DNA of 64,000 bases from Acidobacteriota bacterium. Its GTDB lineage: Bacteria; Acidobacteriota; Thermoanaerobaculia; Multivoradales; UBA5704. Position numbers and translations under genes: made by a program. Position 1 is the stretch's first letter, and every line of letters begins with the position of its first letter. Shown piece by piece: positions 7,919 through 17,688 of this stretch. The notes beneath the pieces are model-generated. The model was not told the origin of the DNA. It saw only the letters and a list, made by a program, of their open reading frames with translations, and did not search any database. The DNA lies in the NCBI GenBank assembly GCA_040005235.1, contig JBDTZG010000020.1, forward strand, positions 27,256 through 91,255, in the 5' to 3' direction.

Positions 7919-10564
7919 ATGCACCCTGAAACCCCAACTTCTTGGTCCGAGCGGGGGTACGCCTCTCTCCTCTGGCTTTACCCCGGTTCGTTCCGCGAGG
8001 AGTACGGCGGCGAGATGACCGCAGCGTTTTCCGCCCGCTGGGCGGAGGCGAAGAGAGATCGAGGCCCATTCGCCTCGGCTTGGGTTTGGCTCTCCGCCGC
8101 GGCGGACGCTCTGGCGACCGCCCTTTCCGAGCACCGCTCGCGGCTTGCTCAGGACTTCGGCCGCGCAGCCCGCACGCTCGCACTCCGGGGCAACCGGGCC
8201 TTTACACTGGCTTCGGTTGCGACGCTCGCCTTGGGACTCGGCGGCGCCACCACGATCTTCAGCCTGGTCCATGCGGTCTTGCTGGCCCCCCTACCGTTCA
8301 AAGAGCCCTCGCGGGTGGTCCACCTGGCCGCCGTGAATCTGTCGCACGACCTGCCGCGCTTCACCGTCTCGGTACCCGATTTCCTCACCTGGCAGGAGCG
8401 CGGTAAGAGCGTCTCAAGGCTCACCGCCATCCAAGAGGTGGGCGTGAATCTCTCGGGAGGCGGCGCGCCGGAACGGGTGACCGGCTTCGCCGTCTCGGGA
8501 AATCTGTTCGACCTCCTGGGCACGCCGTTGCTCGCGGGCCGGGAGTTCACTCTCGAGGAAGACTCACCCGGCGGACCGGCGGTCGCAATCCTCGGCGAAG
8601 GGCTCTGGCGGCGCCGCTACGGCGCGCAAACTTCGATCCTCGGACGGCCGATCCGGGTGAACGGCGAAACCCGCACGGTGGTGGGCATCGCCCCGGCGGA
8701 CGTGGGTTTCTCGACCGACGTCGGCCTTTGGCTGCCGCTTGCGCCGGAGCGATCGGGCGAGAACCGTGGCGACCGCCGGGTCGACGTGCTCGGCCGGCTG
8801 GCGCCCGGGGCGACTCTCGCCACTGCGCAGGCGGAGATCGGGGGGATCAGCGCGCAGCTCGAAAAAGATTTCCCCGACACCAACCTCGGCTGGCAGGCCG
8901 CGGTCGAATCGGTGCGCGATTGGAGGGTCGGAGGGGAGCTGCGTACCCGGCTGCTCGTCCTGCTCGCCGCGGTCGGCGTCCTGCTGCTCGTCGCCTGCGC
9001 GAACGTCGCGAACCTTCAGCTGGCCCGGGCGACGGCGCGGGTACGCGAGATCGGCATCCGCCGCGCGCTCGGCGCGAGCCCCGCCCGGGTGGTCCGGCAT
9101 CTGATGACCGAGAACCTGCTGCTAGCGAGTTTGGGCGGTGCGCTCGGGCTGGGGCTCGCCGCGGCGGCCCTGCGCGGCGCCGCGGCGATCCTACCCGCGA
9201 CACTCCCCCGGCTCTCTTCGATCGCGCTCAACGGGCCGGTGTTGATGGTCGCCTTTCTGCTCACCGCAGCCACCGCGTTCGCATTCGGCATTCTTCCTTC
9301 CGCGCTCGCCGGCCGGACGGACGTGCGGACCGCCCTCGCCCAAGGCGGTCGCTCCGCGGTCGACGCTCGCCGGGCTCCCCTTCGAGAAGGCCTGGTGGTG
9401 GCGCAGCTCGCCCTCGCGACCGCCTTGGCGATCGGCGCGGTGCTGCTCGCGCAGAGCTTCGCCCGGCTGCAACACGTGTCGCTCGGATTTCGGCCGGATC
9501 ACCTGCTCACCGCGCGCCTGACTTTGCCGGATGTCGAGGACAACGACGAGATCTACAAGACCAACCTCGCGCTTTATGCCGCCCTGCTCGAAAAGGCGCG
9601 CGCGCTCCCCGGGGTCACCTCTGCCGGGCTCACCAGTGAAATCCCGCTCGGCGAGGTGAATACGAGCATGGAGGTTTCGGCCCTCGCGCCGCCCCCCGGC
9701 ACGAGCATCGGCTCGGCAGCGAACCGCGAGGGAGCGCAAGCCTCCTGGCGCATCGTGACCGAGGGATACCTGCCGACCCTCGGCGTGCCGCTCCTTCGAG
9801 GTCGCTGGTTCGCCGAGCACCACGAGCCGCACCATTCGCTCCTGCTGAGCGAGGGCCTCGCCCGCCGTCTTTTCCCTCGCGGCGCCGACCCGATCGGCCG
9901 GACGGTCTATCTAGGAAACAATCAGGAGCGCACCGTGGTGGGCGTCGTGGGCGATGTCCGCCAGGTCGGCCTGGAACAAAACCCAACCCCCACGATGTAT
10001 ATGCCGACCACCTGGTACCTTTGGCCGACGATGACGATCGCTGTCCGCACCGCGGGCGATCCGGCGGCCCTCACCCCCGGTCTCCGCCAAGTGCTCCATC
10101 AACTCAACCCCGACCTCGCCCTGTTCGACGTCCGCACCCTTTCCACCGTGATCTCCGGAAGCGTCTCCCAACCTCGCCTCCAGACTTGGGTCGTCGCCCT
10201 CTTCGCGGGCCTGGCGCTCCTCCTCGCCGCCATCGGAGTCGCCGGTCTAGTCGCCTACAACGTCACCCGCCGCACACCCGAGCTGGCCGTCAGAGCCGCC
10301 CTGGGAGCTTCCCCCGGCCGCATTGTGGGGCAGGTCCTCGCCCGAGGATTGGCGCTGTCGCTTTCGGGTGTCACCGCCGGAGTCCTCCTCGCCGCGCTGC
10401 TCGGAAGAGGATTGAAGAGCCTCCTCTACGGCATCGACCCCCACGCCCCGGCAACCTACGCCGCGACCGCGTTGATTCTCGGCAGCCTGGGGGCGCTCGC
10501 GGCCTGGCTCCCCGCCCGGCGGGCGACGCGGATCAGCCCGGTCTTGGCGCTTAAGGGGGAGTGA
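7919..10564 (+). CDS. Duplicated MacB/FtsX-type ABC permease (acidobacterial ADOP type)
   Basis: TLALGLGGATTIFSLV, LLLVACANVANLQLARA, REIGIRRALGA, PARRATRISPVLALKGE; two FtsX halves and no adjacent ATPase. Confidence 0.92.
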   Translation: MHPETPTSWSERGYASLLWLYPGSFREEYGGEMTAAFSARWAEAKRDRGPFASAWVWLSAAADALATALSEHRSRLAQDFGRAARTLALRGNRAFTLASVATLALGLGGATTIFSLVHAVLLAPLPFKEPSRVVHLAAVNLSHDLPRFTVSVPDFLTWQERGKSVSRLTAIQEVGVNLSGGGAPERVTGFAVSGNLFDLLGTPLLAGREFTLEEDSPGGPAVAILGEGLWRRRYGAQTSILGRPIRVNGETRTVVGIAPADVGFSTDVGLWLPLAPERSGENRGDRRVDVLGRLAPGATLATAQAEIGGISAQLEKDFPDTNLGWQAAVESVRDWRVGGELRTRLLVLLAAVGVLLLVACANVANLQLARATARVREIGIRRALGASPARVVRHLMTENLLLASLGGALGLGLAAAALRGAAAILPATLPRLSSIALNGPVLMVAFLLTAATAFAFGILPSALAGRTDVRTALAQGGRSAVDARRAPLREGLVVAQLALATALAIGAVLLAQSFARLQHVSLGFRPDHLLTARLTLPDVEDNDEIYKTNLALYAALLEKARALPGVTSAGLTSEIPLGEVNTSMEVSALAPPPGTSIGSAANREGAQASWRIVTEGYLPTLGVPLLRGRWFAEHHEPHHSLLLSEGLARRLFPRGADPIGRTVYLGNNQERTVVGVVGDVRQVGLEQNPTPTMYMPTTWYLWPTMTIAVRTAGDPAALTPGLRQVLHQLNPDLALFDVRTLSTVISGSVSQPRLQTWVVALFAGLALLLAAIGVAGLVAYNVTRRTPELAVRAALGASPGRIVGQVLARGLALSLSGVTAGVLLAALLGRGLKSLLYGIDPHAPATYAATALILGSLGALAAWLPARRATRISPVLALKGE

Positions 10565-10571
10565 CGGAGCG

Positions 10572-11939
10572 CTACCCCCCCACCACCTCTTCGAACAGCA
10601 ACTCGGCTTTTCCAGTGTCCTGGTAATACGAGAGCCGCGCGGTTTTCTTCGCGTCGTCGAATTTGGCGATCACGTACCCGTGGTTGTACATGTCGTCGGT
10701 GATACCCAATTGAACTGGATTTTCGTTGTTCGGCATCAGGGGGATCTTGTCGCCCACCCGCGAGGCGTAGGGCACTTGGTCGGTGAGGACCGGGACGGCG
10801 GCGTGGCCGATGCACCGCCCTCGGGAAAGGCCGGCGTAGGGACCGTAGATCTCCAGGTTGTGCTCGTGCCCCCAAAGCCAGGCGTCGATTTCCGGGAGCA
10901 CGTCGGCGAACTGAGCCAGCAGGCGGGTGTTCATCGAGCGGTCGCCGTTGTTCGCCGGGCCGATCGGGGAAAAGGCCGAGAACAGCTGGTGGTGAGAGAG
11001 CAGGATCGTCCGACGTCCGGCGGAGTTGTTGATCTTGTCCTTGGCCCAAGCCAGCTCGGCGTCTTCGAGGTAGGTCATCGAGGTCGCCACGTCGAACAAG
11101 TCGTCGTCGTGGAGCCCCGTGTTGAGGCCCAAGATTTGCCACCCGGAGCTTTGCAAGCAGAAAAAGCTATGCGATTGGACCTGCCCTTCCGGCGCGAACG
11201 ACGGCAGGTTCAGACGGTCGAGCGTGCTGTAGTACCCGGCTCCGCCCGAGTACATGTCGTGGTTGCCGGGAAGGTTGAACACCGGCAGCGGCCGGTCCGG
11301 CCCGCGACCGAAGATCTGGTTGATCGGATCGAGGAAGTACCGCTCGTTTTCCGAGGCGGTGCCTGAGTAGTAGACGTCGCCCAGGTGAATCAGCACGTCC
11401 GGCTTGTGGGCGGCAACTTTTTCGAGCAGGGCGATCGCTTCGGCCGTCCCGGTACCCCAGTCGGCGATCAGCGCCACCGTCGCGTTTTCTGACAGAACGT
11501 GAGGCGCCGGATCGCCCAGCCCGGTCGAGGGGCGATAGGGAACGGAGCCTTTGTCGAAGTCGAAGAAATGGACGTAGGCGGCCACCGCCTCGGACCAGAG
11601 CGGATCGCAAGTGCCGAACCTGAGCTCGGATTCGAGCTCGGCGATCTCTTCCGCCGGTCGGTGCTCTATCTTCGCGGTGGCGATCCGCAGCGCCAGGTGG
11701 GCGCACTCTTGGTGGGTGGTGCACGCAGGGTCGGGCGGCGCGGCCGAAGCGAACGAGCCGCCCGCGGCCCCTGCCGCCACCGCCGAAGCGCCGGCCGCGG
11801 CGGCCGCCGAGACGACCGGGTGGTCGAGCGTCGGGCGTTGGCCCGCGGGGGCCGGCGGTTCGCTCTGCCGGTGGAGCACCTCGTCGACAATCGACTGCCA
11901 CCGCGAGACGTGCGGATCGCGAAAGGTCTTGACGCTCAA
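10572..11939 (-). CDS. Calcineurin-like metallophosphoesterase
   Basis: DWGTG, HLGDVYY, PGNHDMY, LLSHHQ, WGHEH metal-binding motifs; TTG start with GGAGG SD. Confidence 0.88.
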   Translation of the reverse strand: MSVKTFRDPHVSRWQSIVDEVLHRQSEPPAPAGQRPTLDHPVVSAAAAAGASAVAAGAAGGSFASAAPPDPACTTHQECAHLALRIATAKIEHRPAEEIAELESELRFGTCDPLWSEAVAAYVHFFDFDKGSVPYRPSTGLGDPAPHVLSENATVALIADWGTGTAEAIALLEKVAAHKPDVLIHLGDVYYSGTASENERYFLDPINQIFGRGPDRPLPVFNLPGNHDMYSGGAGYYSTLDRLNLPSFAPEGQVQSHSFFCLQSSGWQILGLNTGLHDDDLFDVATSMTYLEDAELAWAKDKINNSAGRRTILLSHHQLFSAFSPIGPANNGDRSMNTRLLAQFADVLPEIDAWLWGHEHNLEIYGPYAGLSRGRCIGHAAVPVLTDQVPYASRVGDKIPLMPNNENPVQLGITDDMYNHGYVIAKFDDAKKTARLSYYQDTGKAELLFEEVVGG

Positions 11940-11951
11940 ACGTAGCCTCCC

Positions 11952-12563
11952 TTAGATCTTCGCGTGCCTCACGTAGGTGTTCCACAGCTCGCCCAGGAAG
12001 AAGCCGCCGAACTTGGTGAACGCCGCGGACTTTTCCTCGAACGTTTCAGCTCCCGGAGCGGCCATGGTGCCGAGCAATTGAATCAGCTGCTTGACCCCCA
12101 AGGTGAGAATGCCCGCGCCGATCGTTGGTCCGCTCTTGTCGGTCCCCTCGTGGAGGGTCGAATAAAGCGTCGTCGTATCGCTCCATAGGTCAAAGCCCGG
12201 ATCGTCCCGAACGTTCTTCTGACCGGCGAAATAGTAGGCCTTGCCCCCGTCGGTGAAGCCCATTTCGTAGACCATCAGCGTGAGCCGCGGGTCGTCGGTG
12301 GGGCGAAACAGGTTAAAGACTCCGGAAGTGGAAGCCAGGCCATCGCCGAACGGGGTGAAATCGATTGTTCCCGACAGCTTGCCCGGATGCTCGGCCTCCG
12401 CGATGAAGCGGCCGAGGTCTTCGATCAGGATCGAGCCGTGGAGCGTCAGCTCGCTCCCCTCGCTTCGACCCTTCTTCTTGCCGGCCGCCGCATCGGTCTC
12501 GCCCAAGGCGAAGCCACCCGACATCACTTCCTGGAAGCTGATGCCAACGGTTTTCACGCTCAT
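11952..12563 (-). CDS. Hypothetical protein resembling the accessory domain found with cholesterol oxidase/GMC-type proteins
   Basis: ISFQEVMSG, GVFNLF, MVYEMGF, DLWSDTTTLY, FGGFFLGELW pattern; AGGAG SD before ATG at 12563. Family call from recalled pattern only. Confidence 0.6.
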   Translation of the reverse strand: MSVKTVGISFQEVMSGGFALGETDAAAGKKKGRSEGSELTLHGSILIEDLGRFIAEAEHPGKLSGTIDFTPFGDGLASTSGVFNLFRPTDDPRLTLMVYEMGFTDGGKAYYFAGQKNVRDDPGFDLWSDTTTLYSTLHEGTDKSGPTIGAGILTLGVKQLIQLLGTMAAPGAETFEEKSAAFTKFGGFFLGELWNTYVRHAKI

Positions 12564-12667
12564 CGGTTCTCCTTTCGGGGAAAGGTAGAGCTCGTCGAGA
12601 CACTCGGAAAGGTGCTGTTGTAGTAAGCGAAGGGTAGCACAAGGCAGCCTCTGCCGAGTCGCTGCGG

Positions 12668-13684
12668 CTACCTTCCGGATGCGGCTATCCCCGGCCACCA
12701 ATGGGCGGGAGGCAGGTCGCGCATGGTGATCAAACCGGAAGGAGCCGCAAGCACCCGAGGGATCGCGTTGACCACGATCGAAGCCGTCGCGAGGTCGCCC
12801 GGGATGCCTCCTTCGACCCGCGATTTGAGCGCGGGCGAGCCGGCGATCTCGATCTCGTCATAGCTCGCGGGCGCCCCCAGATAGGCCTCGAATTCGAGGC
12901 GAATGCGAACCCGATCGCCTTCCTTGCCCAATCCGAGCTGGACCACGCCGCTGCAATCTCCCGCTGCCACCTCGAGATCCGGCGAGGCGACGCGAGCGAC
13001 CGCGATCTTCGGCCAGATCTCGTCGGTGACCGAATCGAGCTTCCAGCCGAACGCGCTCGCGAGCATTCCAATCGATTCGGCGAGCCCGACATGGCGGACG
13101 CCGCCGGCCGCCACTTTCGCGTGGAACTCGGCGACCGTGAGCCCCGCGCCGATTTTCTGCTGGAACGGCAGCCGCCGCTTCGAAGCATCCTGAATGCGCC
13201 GGACGATCACCCCGTCGACCCGCTCGCAGACGGCGGTGAGCGCGAGCGGCAAAGCATCCATTGCGAAACCGGGATTGACTCCCGTGCCGAGCACCGCGCG
13301 TCCCACGGCTCGCGCCGCGTCATCGATCCGGCGCGCCAGCTCCGGCCGCTCGCGCCAGGGGAACGAAAGCTCCTCCGTGGTCGAGACGACCGCCACCCCG
13401 GCCGCTAAACATGCTTGGATCGTCCCCGTCACCTTTTCGAGCGCCGAGCTGGTCGAAACGACGGCGATTTCGGGCTTGAGCTCAGCCAGCGCCGCCGCGA
13501 GATCTCCCGAAACCGCGATTCCGAGGTCTTTCCCCAATCCACAGATCGGTCCGAGATCGCGGCCGACCTTGCCCGGATCGAGGTCGACCCCGCCCACCAG
13601 CTCGAACCCCGAGCGCGCTCCGATCTGCCGCGCGATCGACGCACCGATCGGCCCCAACCCCACCTGCAGCACGCGAATCGCCAT
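12668..13684 (-). CDS. NAD(P)-dependent amine dehydrogenase (2,4-diaminopentanoate dehydrogenase / DapB-like family)
   Basis: Rossmann motif GLGPIG; VSTTEELSFPW, GTGVNPGFAMD, RRLPFQQKIGAG, GGIPGDLATA. Confidence 0.8.
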   Translation of the reverse strand: MAIRVLQVGLGPIGASIARQIGARSGFELVGGVDLDPGKVGRDLGPICGLGKDLGIAVSGDLAAALAELKPEIAVVSTSSALEKVTGTIQACLAAGVAVVSTTEELSFPWRERPELARRIDDAARAVGRAVLGTGVNPGFAMDALPLALTAVCERVDGVIVRRIQDASKRRLPFQQKIGAGLTVAEFHAKVAAGGVRHVGLAESIGMLASAFGWKLDSVTDEIWPKIAVARVASPDLEVAAGDCSGVVQLGLGKEGDRVRIRLEFEAYLGAPASYDEIEIAGSPALKSRVEGGIPGDLATASIVVNAIPRVLAAPSGLITMRDLPPAHWWPGIAASGR

Positions 13685-13818
13685 GGCAGCCTCTCTTCGA
13701 CTTCGGGGAACCTGAGAATTGCGGCGAGAGTGTAGCGGGAGTTGGAGTCTCACAAAAGCAAGTGCGGACATCTTGGGGCGTTCAAGAGGAACCGAACGGG
13801 CGCGAGTAAGATACGCCC

Positions 13819-15219
13819 GTGCAACCCTTCACCCTCGACGAGCTGTCCCAGCTCTCTCCAGAGAAAGCGGTCGCCAATCGCTTCGACATATCGAATCTCG
13901 GCAAGGCGCGCTGGTTCCTGGTGGTCTACGCGCTGGCCACCGCGGGCGGGACGATCGCCGCCTCGATCGGCGATCACCGGCGGCTGGCGATCCTGGTGCC
14001 GAATCTCGTCTTCGCCCTGATCTTTTCCTTCGCGCTGCGCCGCTGGCATTTGAGTCGCCGGAGTGACGAAGGGGTCGATCGGGTGCTCGAACCGGTGCGT
14101 CGGCTGATCGTCGGACATCCACGTGCGGCGATCGTGACTCTTCTCGTCACGTTGCTTCAGTCGACTTTACTTGCGACGCTCGGGCTCGACGGTTTGATCC
14201 CGCTCCTGGTGATCGCCGGGTACTTCGTGCCGCCGTTCCGGATGCGGCCGGTCGAGCGGCTCCTGATCCATGGATCTCTGGTGCTCGGCCTGCTGCTTGC
14301 GGCGCTGTTGGGAGTGGCGGTAGCCGAGAAGAAGACCGACGTCACGGGGACGGTCGCCGCGGTGGTCAGCAACCAGTTCTTCGCCCTAATCGTCGGGCTC
14401 GCGGCCTCCCGGCGGAATCGACGCGACATCCTCGGCATCTTCATATCGGCGCAGGAGAGCACGAAGGATCAGCTGCGGATGCGCCAGGAGCTGGACTACG
14501 CCCGCGAGATCCAACTCGCCATGCTGCCCTCCGGCTGTCCGCCGCAAGGCTGGCTCGACATCTGTAGCGTTTCCTGGCCGGCGACCGAGGTGGGCGGCGA
14601 TTACTACGATTATTTCCCGCTCGAAGGAGGCCGCTTGGCCGTGGTGGTAGGCGACGTCGCCGGCCATGGGATGGCGAGCGGTCTGTTGCTGGCAGGGGTC
14701 CGCAGTTGCCTCACGATCCTGGCCACCGAGCTCGATCAGCCGCTCGCCGTGTTGGCCAAGCTCAATCTGATGGTGCAGCAGACGGCGCGGCGGCGAAAGC
14801 TGGTGACACTCGCGATCGTCGTCTTCGATCCGGTTCGCCGGATCGCCACGGTGGCGAACGCCGGGCATCCCCCGGTCCTTCTTTCGAACGCCAGAGGGGT
14901 CTCAGAGGTGGCGCTCCCCTCGCTGCCGCTCGGGACGCAGCTCGATCCCCACTTCGGCCTCCGCGAGCTGCCGCTCGAAGACGGCGACGTGCTGCTGCTG
15001 CATTCCGACGGCCTTTACGAAGGAGTGGACCGGTTCGGCGAACCCTACGGATTGGACCGCCTCGCGGCGTCGCTCGCCCGCGTACCGCGAGAGCTGGAGG
15101 CGACGGCGGTGCGCGATGCCCTGCTCGCCGATTTCTCCGCTTTTCAGGGAGGCGCACCCCAGCGCGACGACCTGACGTTCGTGGTGGTGAGAATCAGCGC
15201 CGACGGGCCTACCGGTTGA
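13819..15219 (+). CDS. Membrane-bound PP2C/SpoIIE-family Ser/Thr phosphatase
   Basis: N-terminal TM helices; AREIQ, EVGGDYYD, GDVAGHG, NAGHPP, SDGL, DDLT. Confidence 0.9.
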   Translation: MQPFTLDELSQLSPEKAVANRFDISNLGKARWFLVVYALATAGGTIAASIGDHRRLAILVPNLVFALIFSFALRRWHLSRRSDEGVDRVLEPVRRLIVGHPRAAIVTLLVTLLQSTLLATLGLDGLIPLLVIAGYFVPPFRMRPVERLLIHGSLVLGLLLAALLGVAVAEKKTDVTGTVAAVVSNQFFALIVGLAASRRNRRDILGIFISAQESTKDQLRMRQELDYAREIQLAMLPSGCPPQGWLDICSVSWPATEVGGDYYDYFPLEGGRLAVVVGDVAGHGMASGLLLAGVRSCLTILATELDQPLAVLAKLNLMVQQTARRRKLVTLAIVVFDPVRRIATVANAGHPPVLLSNARGVSEVALPSLPLGTQLDPHFGLRELPLEDGDVLLLHSDGLYEGVDRFGEPYGLDRLAASLARVPRELEATAVRDALLADFSAFQGGAPQRDDLTFVVVRISADGPTG

Positions 15220-15625
15220 TCCGGCCCCGGCAGCCGGGCGCGCCGCAGGTGCAGCGCTTGGAGTCGGGGTGCCAGGTCGCCTGATAGTCGAGCACGATCT
15301 CTTCGCCTGCCGAGATATCGCGTAGAGCGAAGAACAGCACGTGTCCGGCAAGAATCTTCAAGTAGCAGTTCGGCGCGCAGGAGTGGTTCATGCAATGGGT
15401 GCCGTTACCGCCCCGGCTGCCGTCGATCGCCCAATACGAATCGATCGCACAGATTCGATGTTTGCGGCTGCGGCGAACCCGCCGCGCGATCTCGGCGCGG
15501 GAGATCCTCTCTCCCGTGTACTCGGCAATCTTCTTGGCCTTCAGGAAGGTCCGGGTGGCGAAGCACCCTTTGCCATCGATCGGCGAGGGCGCGATGGCAA
15601 GCCCGGGAGCGAGGCGGTCGCCCAT
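15209..15625 (-). CDS. SET-domain protein-lysine methyltransferase with post-SET motif
   Basis: SPIDGKGCFA, EYTGE, MNHSCAPN, RDISAGEEIVLDY, CTCGAPGCRG. Confidence 0.9.
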   Translation of the reverse strand: MGDRLAPGLAIAPSPIDGKGCFATRTFLKAKKIAEYTGERISRAEIARRVRRSRKHRICAIDSYWAIDGSRGGNGTHCMNHSCAPNCYLKILAGHVLFFALRDISAGEEIVLDYQATWHPDSKRCTCGAPGCRGRINR

Positions 15626-15634
15626 CGAAAGACG

Positions 15635-16078
15635 TCAGTCGAGAAATTCGACGGCGTTCGGCAGCTCGTCCACGTCGTCGCTCCGACGCGGGAAATGGGT
15701 CGCCAGCTCGGCTGACAGCCGTTCGAGCGCAGCGACAATTCCGCCGGTGAAATCGCCGTTCCGGAAATGGCGGGAGATTTCAGCTGCGACCTCCTCCCAA
15801 AAGGCGGGATGGACCTTCTCGTGAATTCCTACATCACCCAGCACCGCGAAGCGGCGACGCGACGGAACGACAAACAGCAACACGCCGTTGCGCTCGGCCG
15901 TCGCCCGCATGCCAAGCCGGTCGAAGGCACGGTCGGCGACCTTTTGCACGTCGCCCCAGAACAGCGGCGAGACGGCCACGCGCACCTCCCCCGAGGTGAT
16001 CGATTCGGCCGCTTCGATCGCTTTCTCAACGCGATCCTTGTCGATCGCTCGGTACAAACTTCGCCGGGTGAGGATCAT
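15635..16078 (-). CDS. TPM-domain protein (short type)
   Basis: AESITSGEVRV, TAERNGVLLF, GDVGIHEKV, DELPN; AGGAG SD before ATG at 16078. Confidence 0.85.
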   Translation of the reverse strand: MILTRRSLYRAIDKDRVEKAIEAAESITSGEVRVAVSPLFWGDVQKVADRAFDRLGMRATAERNGVLLFVVPSRRRFAVLGDVGIHEKVHPAFWEEVAAEISRHFRNGDFTGGIVAALERLSAELATHFPRRSDDVDELPNAVEFLD

Positions 16079-16091
16079 CGATTCTCCTCCT

Positions 16092-16898
16092 TCACCAGGA
16101 ACCCGTGGCGCCACCGCCACCGCCCCGCCCACCACCGCCGCTCCAGCCCCCGCCACCGCCTCCGCCACCCCGCCCACCCCCGCCCGACGAACCCGAAAGG
16201 ATCTGCAGCAGCAGCCAGAACGCGAGCCCTGGGTTGGTGATGATGAAGATCAAAACACCGATCGCGATCAGCGCGTAGAGGATCTTCTGGCCCATCGACA
16301 GGGGCTGATCGGCCGGCTCCGCGGCCGGTTGCTGCCGGGCGGGCGAACCGCCCGGTACTACCGCGCCGTTTCCCGGTTCGCCCTCGATCGCCGAGATCAG
16401 TCCGGCGACTCCTTCGGTGATCGCCCCGTCCCGGTCGCCCGCGCGAATCTTCGGCAGAATCCGGTCCTGGATGATCCGGTTGGCGATGATGTCGGGGACC
16501 CGTTCCTCGAGGCCGTAGCCGACCTCCACCCGAACCTTCCGGTCGTCGGCGAAGACGAACAGAACCAGACCGTCGTCGATCCCCTTCCGGCCGACCCTCC
16601 AGGCGGTGAAGGTCTTGATCGTGAAGTCTTCGACCGCGCCATCGCCGAACGTCGGACCGATCCAGACCAGCACCTGGTGGCCGGAGCTGAGCTCATAGCT
16701 TTCGAGCTGCGAATCGAGGCGATCCTTGGTCTCGGCCGAAAGAAAACTTGCCGTATCGGTCACCCAGCGGGTGGGCGCGGGCGGGATCTCCTGCGCGACC
16801 GCGGCTCCGGAGAGCCACGCGAAGAGCCCGAGCAGGGGAAGCATAAAGGCAAGGCTTCGCAAAACGAGCGGGCGGCGAGGAAGGGAGCTTCTAAACAT
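16092..16898 (-). CDS. TPM-domain (YgcG-like) membrane protein with Gly-rich tail
   Basis: WVTDTA, GRKGIDDGLVL, RVEVGYGLE; ends GGGGRGGGGGATGSW. Start codon uncertain. Confidence 0.85.
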   Translation of the reverse strand: MFRSSLPRRPLVLRSLAFMLPLLGLFAWLSGAAVAQEIPPAPTRWVTDTASFLSAETKDRLDSQLESYELSSGHQVLVWIGPTFGDGAVEDFTIKTFTAWRVGRKGIDDGLVLFVFADDRKVRVEVGYGLEERVPDIIANRIIQDRILPKIRAGDRDGAITEGVAGLISAIEGEPGNGAVVPGGSPARQQPAAEPADQPLSMGQKILYALIAIGVLIFIITNPGLAFWLLLQILSGSSGGGGRGGGGGGGGWSGGGGRGGGGGATGSW

Positions 16899-16914
16899 GA
16901 GCCGAGGTTTGACC

Positions 16915-17685
16915 CTACATCGCGCGACGATAGCGGCCGAAGGAACCGGTGGCAAACAGGCCGCAGACGAGAGCGAAGGCCGCGAGCAGCGCGAGGCGCG
17001 TCGCCAGCTCGTGCGGCGCACCCCCTTCGAACCCGTCGCGCGCGGCGACGATCGCCCAGTTCACCGGGTTGACGTTCGCGGCCCGCTGCACCCAAACAGG
17101 CATCAGGTTGGCGGACATCAACATCGTTGAGGTGAACGTGGCCGGCAGGATCACGAAGTTCATCACCGCGATCACCGTCTCCTGCCGTCGCGCGAGCAAG
17201 GCCACGGCGTTCGAAAAAGCCGCGACCGCCGCGCCGAGCAGGGACGCCGAAAGCATGACCAGGAGGATTCCGAGCAGGCCGCCCTTCGCTTTGGCTCCCA
17301 GCAGCATGGCGACGCCGATGATCAACCCGGCCTGGAGGAACACCTGCACTCCCGAGTTGAGCAGACGGGCCGCGATGATCGAGCCGCGGGCTGCCGGTGT
17401 CGCGAGCAGGCGATCGAGCACGCCGCGCTCGATGTCGACCAGCATGCCCATGCCGGAATGGGCGGCGCCGAACAGCGCGGTCATGATCGCCACACCGGGC
17501 GCCAAAAACTGCACGTACGACGTGGCGCCGAAGCCGGGGATCTGGACCACCGAGCGGAACAGGGCGCCGAACATCGCAACCCAGAGGATCGGCTGGGCGA
17601 TCGACAGGATGATGAACACCGGCATGCGCATTGTCGCCCGGACCAGGCGGAGGAAGAGAATCCAGGTATCGCGAAGGAATTCCAT
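16915..17685 (-). CDS. ABC-2 type exporter permease (DrrB-like)
   Basis: YVQFLAPG, GVLDRLLATP, NPVNWAI; six TM segments. Confidence 0.9.
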   Translation of the reverse strand: MEFLRDTWILFLRLVRATMRMPVFIILSIAQPILWVAMFGALFRSVVQIPGFGATSYVQFLAPGVAIMTALFGAAHSGMGMLVDIERGVLDRLLATPAARGSIIAARLLNSGVQVFLQAGLIIGVAMLLGAKAKGGLLGILLVMLSASLLGAAVAAFSNAVALLARRQETVIAVMNFVILPATFTSTMLMSANLMPVWVQRAANVNPVNWAIVAARDGFEGGAPHELATRLALLAAFALVCGLFATGSFGRYRRAM

Positions 17686-17688
17686 GGG

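Noticed and set aside
16092-16190. C/G-rich low-complexity tract
   Set aside because: It encodes the normal Gly-rich tail of TPM/YgcG proteins.
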